From contig MU626460.1 in NCBI GenBank assembly GCA_025603075.1, positions 1-34,675 of the forward strand: a DNA stretch of 34,675 nt. The letters run 5' to 3'. The notes under the pieces are model-generated. The model did not search any database, had not been told where the DNA came from, and worked only from the letters and a program-made list of their open reading frames with translations. A program made the position numbers and the translations under genes. Positions 23,242 through 34,675 of this stretch are shown in pieces. The DNA comes from Neoconidiobolus thromboides FSU 785. Taxonomy: Eukaryota; Fungi; Entomophthoromycota. How positions within the stretch are numbered: the first letter of the stretch is position 1; each line of letters starts with the position of its first letter.

Positions 23242-24770
23242 TTGATATCAAAAACCAACAATATTGAGGAAACTTATTTAATACTGGTCAATTATAAAAA
23301 CTCCATTTTCTGTAAAACTTTTAAAAGTCGATTAGCTTTATTTATGATTAAAGGTCATATTTACATACATTTATCCAATGGGTTGTTATATCATTTAACA
23401 GTGTCTAATCCCAAAATCATAGTGTGAACGATCATTTAAGAGTTACGAAGTATATTGATCCCTCTATTTCTTCAATTAGCTTTAAAGGGAGTTTAAAATT
23501 TCAATTTTTATTCGATATCCTTTTAGTGAGAGTATTTTAATATTTGGATCCGATCAAGTTATCTGATTTGTGCTTTTTACAAATAGTTGTTTCAATTAAT
23601 AACCTAATTTGTAAGAAAGCACTCAGCACATTTAGTTTATAGCTTTCAAAAATATAGTCATTATCAACAAAGCTTTATTAAGGAATATGTATTGTCGATA
23701 AAGTATATGAGTTTAAATAACCAAACTATCAACTATATAAATTTCTGCTCAAATTTAGTATCTATTTATCATAAAAATACATCTAATAACCATTATATTA
23801 TCATTAATGATAACAATGTTAATAATGATAATCATTTTAAAATAGAAATGAAATCGCCAAAGTTAAGAAAAATAGTTATGTTTTCTTTTAATCATTTAGG
23901 CGATTTGAAGATATTCAAAGATGATATAAATCAACTTGAAATGTTAAATACTATTATTTATGATTGAAGTATTAAATATATTATTAGGGATTTGAACTCA
24001 GATAACTTAAAGCTGTTTAGAATACATTCATACTATAGATGAAACCTTGAGGGGTTTTATATTATTAAGATAATATTCATTAAATTGAAGGTACTGGATT
24101 TGCTATTGGAAGACTCTACCATATCTTCTACTAAAGTTAATTTTATTACAAACTTTTGGTCTAGTTTAAAAACAAAAGTCGAAGAAAAAAACAACAGTAA
24201 TATTAGATGCATTGATAGTTTAAAGCAATAAAGGAATATTAGGTTGCAGGCGGGTGAACTCATACCTTTATATTAATAGAATCGAATACAATAGTATAGG
24301 ATTGATTAAATATGACAACTTTATTAGTTCAGATTCATTTAATCCCTATTATGTAGTTAATAATGATTTTCGAATTTTAGACCTTATAAGAGTTTTATGT
24401 TTGCGGTTTAACAATGCTCTTATTAAATTTGTTTTCTACTATCATCTATACAGATTATTTATCTTACAAATTGATACTGTAATATCAAGGAATGTTAATA
24501 GATCTTAATATAAATACTAGCAACCCCTTTAAAGATGGCTTTAGTCTATCTAAATATATAGTTTTAAAATAAAGCAAACTTAGTTCAATATAAACTATTT
24601 TTAAAGAATTCTTCTATCCCTTAGCTTCCTTTCTGAACCTTGAAATATTCGAAGTCAAAAGACTCAATTTACAGCTGTAATACAAAAAACAATCTATACT
24701 TAGTATCGTATTTACTTTTGATATGGATTGACGTTTTTATACTAAATTAGAAGATAGTTCAATGTTTGAC
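23242..24770 (+). pseudogene. Degenerate coding relic, possibly an LRR/RNI-like lineage-specific gene
   Basis: Several short same-strand ORFs broken by stops (PKLRKIVMF, QLEMLNTI, KLKVLDLLL) with LRR-like LxxLxL spacing. Weak evidence. Confidence 0.3.
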
Positions 24771-24985
24771 CTATATGTGATTATAACTGAACATTTTCAA
24801 CTATTATTTAAGGTTTGGTTTATACACTTTTTAGTATATTACACTAGTCAGTGTTTTCTAATACTGTATTTTATAAGTTAGATGTCCATAAAAGTAAATA
24901 TATGCATTTAAAATATCACTATAAGAAGAAAATAGGTAGTAATGATTTAATTTTATTACAATAAATAATAAAGATAAACTAATAG

Positions 24986-25728
24986 TCAAGGGCTGAAATG
25001 CTCTTCAGGAAACTTAAAATCTTTGGGTTTCTTAAGCTCTATCTTTTTAGTATGAACATCCTTGTTTATAAGCTCAGTCTTAGCAATTTTTTCTGCCTTG
25101 TCTACAGTAACTTAATTAGATGTTCCATTGTATTTGGCTAAATAATTTACAAAGTTTTGTTCTTGAATTTTGCCTGTTTCTATTTCTTCATTAGATGAAG
25201 GGGCGTCATTTTTAGCAACGACTGAAGCACCTCATAAGGAACCACCGATAGCCTATTTATCCTCTGAAAGTAAAGGAATAGAAAAGCCATTAGGAGCATA
25301 AATCATACCAGATGAGCAATATTAGTAAGGAAGATAAATACATCAGATCCTTGACCGCCATGTTGAGTTTAAGTAGAAGCAAAGATACCTTCGAATTTAT
25401 CATTCAAAACACCACTCACCCGCGATTCATTACATGAATCAATGAAATCTTTAATTCTAGCTGAAATGATCCTAAAACGAGCTGGGAAGTCAAACAAAAT
25501 GCTATCAACTTCTTTATGTAAATCTGGAGTAACAACTGGTATATACGGTTTTACTAGAACTTATATTTTATCCAACGCTTCTTCAAATGAAATTTTAGGA
25601 ATTTAATAAAGGGTTATTTCAACTTTTTCTTCTTTATCTGCTCCTTTTTTAATAGCTTCTGTAAGCTTATAAACGTAAGAGTAAGTTGAATAATATACAA
25701 TGAAAAGTTTTGGTTTTTTAGGGGCGAT
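24986..25728 (-). pseudogene. WrbA/Pst2/Ycp4 flavodoxin-like NAD(P)H:quinone reductase pseudogene
   Basis: KPKLFIVYYSTYSYVYKLTEAIKKG, LY*IPK, ILFDFPARF, AST*TQHGGQ, GMIY after a 1-nt deletion, and GGSL*GAS. At least 5 in-frame stops; the presumed ATG now reads ATC (25728-25726). Confidence 0.88.
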
Positions 25729-25830
25729 TATTTCTCGGTTTACTGTTTTGTTTCTTCATTTTGTAATTTATGTTTAATTTTGTGTTTATTCTACCATTGT
25801 TTAATCTCTATATAACTTTTAATTACATTT

Positions 25831-25925
25831 GGGGATATTTTTTCGATTTCATTATTTTTCCATTTTTAAGCACTATTTGAGTGAAAAATTGTTAGTGAAA
25901 TTCCTAAACACAAAAAAATATCTAT
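25831..25925 (+). mobile_element. MITE copy 6, TSD ATTT
   Basis: ATTT|GGGGATATTTT...CACAAAAAAATATCTAT|ATTT with the family core. Confidence 0.85.
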
Positions 25926-26327
25926 ATTTGTTTTATACTTTTATGACCATTTTGATTATTAATTTAGCTTTGGGATTTAGAATTTATTGAGTACAATTAT
26001 AATTATCTGGCCTTGGGATTCACTTATAGATTGATGATAAATCGACCAACAAGTCACCCTTTATTGGATGTAAATTGAGTTTTTTGAGTGTAATATTGTA
26101 CTTGAAGTTAATAGTAGCTAATTTAAAGCTATTTTAAGAGAACTGCAGTCAGTTTAACAACAATTTTTAAAATTAAATATTTATTTAGGCAGTATTAAAA
26201 CCCAATCCTTAGATTTCAGCTAAAATTAAGCTAAATATTTGCTCTTAAATCAGCAGTTAAGTAAGTAGTAATTCTCTTGAATTAGCTGTAAGATTCAGTA
26301 GAACTAACGGGAATTATAACAGTATAT

Positions 26328-26423
26328 AGGGATGTATTTTTGTGTTTAAAAATTTTACTGATAATTTTTCCACTCAAATAGCACTTAAAAGATAGAAAAA
26401 GTGAAGCCAAAAAAAACACCTTC
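26328..26423 (-). mobile_element. MITE copy 7 (reverse orientation), TSD ATAT/AAAT (1 mismatch)
   Basis: Plus strand AGGGATGTATTTTTGTG...TTTTTCCACTCAAATAGCACTTAA...CAAAAAAAACACCTTC is the reverse complement of the family consensus. Confidence 0.87.
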
Positions 26424-26473
26424 AAATCTTTTTTAATAAATTTATTTATTTATTTCGTTTTATACAACTAGGG

Positions 26474-27913
<1,440 letters not shown>

Positions 27914-29285
27914 ATTTTTTATCCTGTAATACTGAAATTTTAATTTAATCTTTATATATATTTTATTATCACGATGCGAATTAATTGATTGGTAATATGA
28001 ACTTGATTGTTGTATTCTTAAATAGTTTAAACATTACTTTTTCATAGTTGTGTATTTTGATTTATAATATATTGCTAATTTGTGAGACTATTCCATTTTC
28101 TATTAAACAGAGCATAATAATTATCTTTAACTATTAAGATAATCAATTTGTTAGGAAAGGTATTATTGCTCTTATATCAATAAGAAACTACCCTGTTGCC
28201 TTTCAAAATTGATTGTTCAATTGTTATTTTAACATGAAGTATATTAATCACTTTAAAAATATTTCTATGATAATATGTACATGCTTTTAATTAATTGTCT
28301 AAAAATATTTTGACTGTTCAAATATAAGACCCACTAATTACTATTATTAATAATAAATTAATCCACAAATGAATATACCTTTTAGCATTTTTTAAAAAAT
28401 GGTAATTAAATTTATCAAATTGTGATTACATAATAAGTATTAATTATGCTTTCATACATTCAAATGCCTTATTAATATTCTACAGATGATGAATAATATA
28501 TCGCTAATTAAATATTAGTTTGATATTTTAGTAATATCTTAGTTATTTGTAAATTGATTATTCAGGTTTAAAAAAAATGCTATTCTTTTTGATTAAATGT
28601 AAAACTATAAAAGATGATGTATCAAATAAATTCTATTTATATGACACTAAGGCATTGTAGACCTATCCTTGGTAAATGATATAGCTATATGGTCATTCTT
28701 TACTATATATACTCCTCTTATATACATCATTGTTTTTTACAGACAAAAATAGGAATTTGAGTGTTGAGAAAAATGACAAAGAATTCAAATATAAAGGGAA
28801 TGAATTTTATACTAATAATATATCGAACTGGTTTGTACTTATGACCAAATATCGACCTTTTATCTACGAAGTTTTTTAAAATAGTATTAGTTTTAACTTA
28901 CAATAATTAGCTATAGCATTATAGTATTAATTTATATTTCAAAGGATGCAGGTGTGGAATTAAACTGTTTTAATATTTATGTAATTGTGTTTCTTAATCT
29001 TTAATTGATAGTTGCTATCAAGTAACTAAAGAGCAAAGCATAAATAAAATATAATGCTGGAATAAAAAAATAAAAACAAGGGAGCATTTTAAATAGTTAT
29101 ATCTTGGTTATATATAAAATATAGCTCCATAATAAACTCTTGAGGTTATGAACTCATATTTCAAATTATAGGCAAGTTATACACAATATGAAAATTTAAG
29201 TGTTTATGCTTAAAGGTTGCTAAAGTAGTTGGCATTGGTACCAACTGCTACTTTAGCTTCTTGCTTGATTATTTAAGCTATATAT

Positions 29286-29380
29286 GGGAATAAATTTTTT
29301 TAAAGAATTTTACTAGCAATTTTTCCACTCAAGTAGTACCTAAAAAATGAAAAAAGTGATGAAACCAAAAAAATATTTCT
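29286..29380 (-). mobile_element. MITE copy 8 (reverse orientation), TSD ATAT
   Basis: ATAT|GGGAATAAATTTTTT...TTTTTCCACTCAAG...CCAAAAAAATATTTCT|ATAT. Confidence 0.85.
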
Positions 29381-29590
29381 ATATAGTTTGTTATTCTCAC
29401 ATATGGCCTTTCTTACTGTAATAAAAATAGCATCTCTGATTGTGATAACTAATGTGTACACTATAAGCTGAAAATTAAAACTGATAAATTAAATTGAAGA
29501 TTTATAAATCAACATGATTCTTTAGTACTGGAAATTCGTTAGTGATTGTCTTTATGATAATATACTATAAACTTATAGAATACAGCAATT

Positions 29591-29681
29591 GAGGTATTTT
29601 TTTTGACTTCACTTTTTCCATTTTTTTAAGCGCTATTTGAGCAGAAAAATTGCTAGTAAAATTCTCAAAAAAATCATTCCT
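29591..29681 (+). mobile_element. MITE copy 9, TSD AATT
   Basis: AATT|GAGGTATTTTTTTTGACTTCA...AAAAAAATCATTCCT|AATT; ends 155 bp before the MVD1 ATG. Confidence 0.85.
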
Positions 29682-29836
29682 AATTGTTCTTGTTCAAATT
29701 ACATTAATTTTGTAAATCAATTTTCGGCATGTAAATTTAGAAATTAATTAGCCAATAAAATTCAACTTTGGAATCGACCCATATATAATATGAGGATAAA
29801 AGTTAAATTAAAATTAAATAGCCATCTGTTTTAAAA

Positions 29837-31066
29837 ATGAGTATAATTAAGGAGGTAACTTGCACTGCACCAGTTAATATTGCCGTAGTTAAGTACTGGG
29901 GAAAAAGAGATGAAAAATTAATTTTACCAACCAATTCTTCATTATCATGTACTTTATCTCAAGACCAACTTCAAACCAAAACTTCAATTTCGGCAAGTTC
30001 AACTTTTACTGAAGATAAACTATGGTTGAACGGTAAAGAAGAAGACACTAAAAATTCGGCCCGTTTACAAAATTGTTTAAAAGAAACTCGTCGTTTGAGA
30101 AAAGAATATGAAGACTCTTTAACTTCAAAAGGTGAACAAGTTGAACAGCTTTCAAACCTAAAAATTCATGCTGCTTCTGTCAATAACTTTCCAACAGCAG
30201 CTGGTTTGGCTTCTTCCGCATCAGGTTATGCTTGTTTTGTTTACTCACTTTGTAAATTATTCGAGATTCCTATTACAGTATCTGAAATGTCTCGTATTGC
30301 TAGAGTTGGCTCAGGCTCTGCTTGTCGTTCCCTTTTTGGTGGATTTGTAGCGTGGGAAATGGGTGTCAAAGAAGATGGCTCAGATTCTCAAGCAGTACAA
30401 ATAGCCCCAGAAACCCATTGGCCAGAGTTAGAAGCTTTAATTGTGGTTGTTTCTGATGCAAAAAAAGCCACAAGTAGTACTACTGGAATGCAAACCACAG
30501 TTAAAACATCTGAATTATTAAAACATCGTATTGAGAATGTAGTGCCTAAGCATATGGATCAAATTTCTAAAGCTATTCTCGATAAAGATTTTGAAACCTT
30601 TGCTACAATCACTATGAAAGATTCTAATCAATTCCACGCCGTTTGTTTAGATACTTATCCACCAATTTGTTATCTTAATGATGTATCCAAAGCCATTATT
30701 AATTTAATAACAGCTTATAATCAAGGAGAAGGAGGAATAAAGGCAGCTTATACTTATGACGCTGGGCCAAACGCAGTAATTTATGCACCTCGCTCACAAA
30801 TGAAAGAATTAGTACAGATGATATCTTATTATTTCCCATCATCTAGCCCTGGTGCTTATTTTCCAGACCCATCAAATCTTCTTGGAGGCAAAAAAGTGGA
30901 CGAAGTAAAATTAGAAGACTTACCAAGTGAAGTACAAAAAGTCATTCCAGTTTACCCAATTGGGTCAGTTACCAGATTAATTCATACCTCTCTTGGAGAT
31001 GGGCCTCGTATTTTAGATAACGCTGAATCGCTTTTAGATAACCAAGGCTTACCAAAAGGTCTATAA
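29837..31066 (+). CDS. MVD1: Diphosphomevalonate decarboxylase (ERG19), intronless
   Basis: TAPVNIAVVKYWGKRD, NNFPTAAGLASSASG, ARVGSGSACRSLFGG, MKDSNQFHAVCLDTYPPI and AYTYDAGPNAV. Confidence 0.97.
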   Translation: MSIIKEVTCTAPVNIAVVKYWGKRDEKLILPTNSSLSCTLSQDQLQTKTSISASSTFTEDKLWLNGKEEDTKNSARLQNCLKETRRLRKEYEDSLTSKGEQVEQLSNLKIHAASVNNFPTAAGLASSASGYACFVYSLCKLFEIPITVSEMSRIARVGSGSACRSLFGGFVAWEMGVKEDGSDSQAVQIAPETHWPELEALIVVVSDAKKATSSTTGMQTTVKTSELLKHRIENVVPKHMDQISKAILDKDFETFATITMKDSNQFHAVCLDTYPPICYLNDVSKAIINLITAYNQGEGGIKAAYTYDAGPNAVIYAPRSQMKELVQMISYYFPSSSPGAYFPDPSNLLGGKKVDEVKLEDLPSEVQKVIPVYPIGSVTRLIHTSLGDGPRILDNAESLLDNQGLPKGL

Positions 31067-31569
31067 GCTACAAAAGTAAAACTTAATATAATTAATATTT
31101 TGTATATCTTGAATATAATAACTGTGTCATTTTTTTCCATTTTTTTTTTAAAATATTAAATTTAATGGGCAAATGGAACAGGTTGAACTTTAAAATTGAA
31201 AACTTCTCAAACTTTTTGAGTCAAGGAAAGGTTGAGTTGGACAATTAAAATAGTTGAAAGCCTTTAAATATTAAACATAGTACATGATAATGAAGATTAA
31301 TATAAAAAATCTACGGTATTAAATCCCTAAATTTAAGCTGCACTTGTTGTATTTTTATTATAGCGCATATTCTATTTTTTAATCCCATAAGCACCTTTAA
31401 ATAGCAAAAAATGTGCTGAACTTTGCTCCATATTTTTAATCACCTTTTTCAGCTAAAATTCACCTATAAAATTCGCCCTTTTTTGATAATGATATGTAAG
31501 CAATATAATTGGGCCATAAACAAAAAGGAATAAGGAGCACCAACTATTGTTTTTTCTTTCAATATAAAA

Positions 31570-32954
31570 ATGAAAAGAAAGGCAGTTAGTATAAAACGAA
31601 ATAAAACAGGGCCCAAACCAATAATTCGAGAGAATGAGCTTGATGTAATATTGAATGATCTCGAAAAGGGAGATAGGCCGGCTTATGATGGGAGAGCTAA
31701 TTGCTCATCTTATAAAAAATCGTATAGGAGGAATATGGTAGTCACCAATAGCGCTAATCAAAATCCACCTCCCATTTCTTCCAGAACACATATCTTTTTC
31801 AGTAATTTTGCTTTGAAGAGGGAATCTATTATGCGAGACTGCTATGAGCTATTACTTGATTTCTCTGAAAAGGTAGATTAAATTGCTCAACAAAAAATAA
31901 CGATTAACTTTTGATTTAGAAACCATTTGATTTCAAATCGTTTAAATCCATTTGGTTTTCGAAGAAATTTTCATACATTCATTTTTCTTGTCCAGAAAGA
32001 ATTCATAGAGAGTCCTTTATAACTACCCTCTACCAAACTTTTTTATCTTTTTTATATGAAAATACTGTATATAGATTTCCAAACTACAAAGAGGTCGTTG
32101 GCCCTTTAAAAGAGCATATCGAACCCAAAGAAGAGAAATTCGGACCAGTAGCTTTAAAACTAGGGATAGTTTTTGCTTTGTATTTGGTCTATTCGACTAA
32201 TCCATCTTGTTTCCCAACTGCTTATATTCAAGTAGATCCTAAACAATGGGAGGTGATATTAGGGTTATATAAGTTCTTTTATGATGAAAATCAAAAAGGT
32301 GTTCATAGGCATAACAAAGATGAAGGCGTTTACGCTCTTGGTAAACTTATTGAAAAGAAGGCATTTGTACTCTCAGCCTATATAGATCATGTCCCATATT
32401 ATTATCAGTACCATAACTTTTTAAAGGATGAATCTAATAAATTTTTAAAGGAAGAGGACGCCAGCCCAGTTGATGCATCAAAATCTCAAACCGTTGAATC
32501 AGATTATATTGACAAAAAACTGACTGCAATCGAAAAAGATGTTTATTCACGTCCACTTGGTGGAATCGAAAATTTTGGTATAACTGAAGACATAAAGCAA
32601 ACAGAGCAAGCATATGAGTTGAATAAAGCATTTGGAGGATTTATAAATAGTGAAACAGATTTTGCTTTAGATCAAGCAAAATCAAAAGATGGTGATATCA
32701 TTGATTACAGGGATTGGCTAGCAGATAAAAAGAATGATATGGACAAGTGTAATGTTGTAGGCTATTTAAATCACCTTACTACCGTTTACGAGTCTTACAA
32801 AGCTAAATTTATTCCAGAAAATTTGTTCTCTGAGCCTGATTTAAGGACTTCAACTTCATCTACAGAAGATTCTGCTCCTGTCACAACCCCCATTACAGCT
32901 TTTGATACACTCCCAGGCCCACCTGGGGCTTCTTCAAACACATCATCCCCCTAA
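31570..32954 (+). CDS. SNAPC1: snRNA-activating protein complex subunit 1 (SNAP43)-like, 445 aa, one intron (31873-31919)
   Basis: Removing the 47-nt GT-AG intron joins the two track ORFs in frame: DCYELLLDFSEK|KPFDFKSFKSIWFSKKFSYIHF...FITTLYQ...KLGIVFALYLVYSTNP...IQVDPKQWEVI...EGVYALGKLIEKKAF. This follows the SNAPC1 N-domain pattern as recalled. Confidence 0.75.
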
Positions 32955-33240
32955 ATCCTTTTTTAAAATATCCTGGAATATCGTAACTTTGATTAAATTT
33001 ATTAATGACCCATTATAAAAATAGTATTAATGATATTATTTCTATACTCTAACTGTTTATTAATGTTTTCAATCATCATTTAGATATATATTGGTATAAT
33101 GCAGTTCAAAATATTCAGCATTTTAGACACTAAATTTAACTTGTTATAACTTAAAAGAAGCACAAATAATAGTTTAATATATAAGAGATATATAATAAAA
33201 ACGAATAAAAAGTACAATTAAATTTAGAACAAATTATAAT

Positions 33241-34321
<1,081 letters not shown>

Positions 34322-34514
34322 TTTATTTATAAGAATGTTTATTACATTAAATTATTACCAGTTTTTCATAGATACGAAATCAGAGTAATAGCTTAACTCA
34401 TTCCAATTTTTGCAATTAATTTTAATTTAAAAAATTATGCTAATAAATATTCATATGAGGGAACACTTATATTATTAAAATAACTAATTTAAAAACAAGA
34501 TTTATTTAATGAGA

Positions 34515-34675
34515 TTATTCATTTTTATTTAAACGTTTCGACTCTTTAAGCTTCTCTAACGCATTTTTAAGTCTTTGAGATTTAACTTTAGGCTTTATTT
34601 CACCTTTTGAGTCACTGACACTCTTACCTACAACTTTAAAATAATCTGTAATCTTGGTAGCCTTTGCCTTTTCTA
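34515..34675 (-). repeat. Right arm of window-bounding inverted repeat; reads ...KATKITDYFKVVGKSVSDSKGEIKPKVKSQRLKNALEKLKESKRLNKNE*
   Basis: Reverse complement of nt 1-160 (see left arm); stop TAA at 34517-34515. Confidence 0.95.

Noticed and set aside
25831-26423. MITE copies 6 and 7 as the long TIRs of one ~600-bp element
   Set aside because: Each copy has its own two termini and its own flanking 4-bp duplication, which indicates two independent insertions.

Overview
Very AT-rich, intron-containing eukaryotic DNA. Short GT-AG introns, a Zn(II)2Cys6 gene and Asn-rich proteins point to an early-diverging fungus, plausibly Entomophthoromycotina (inference). The window holds about 13 intact genes: a Zn2Cys6 TF, SET/MYND, CHL1, Sec24-like, CDC50, CIA30, a PTGR-like reductase, POS5, an MRH-domain receptor, an Old Yellow Enzyme, MVD1, SNAPC1-like and SIW14. 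It also holds two tRNA genes, a tandem pair of unknown two-RRM-like genes (one broken) and a WrbA/Pst2 pseudogene. Four features stand out. (1) The first and last bases form an inverted repeat (95 bp perfect, 115/118 identical, homology to about 160 bp) that reads like the 3' end of a protein with a PIP-box-like motif. (2) Nine copies of a ~95-100 bp MITE have GRG...CYC-like ends and 4-bp AWWT-biased target duplications (Sola-like). (3) The tandem genes resemble LINE ORF1 truncated just before the zinc knuckle. (4) Both tRNA genes share flanking motifs. No transposase, integrase or RT ORF is visible in the window. Exon boundaries were read by eye, and all family assignments rest on motif recall rather than database searches.
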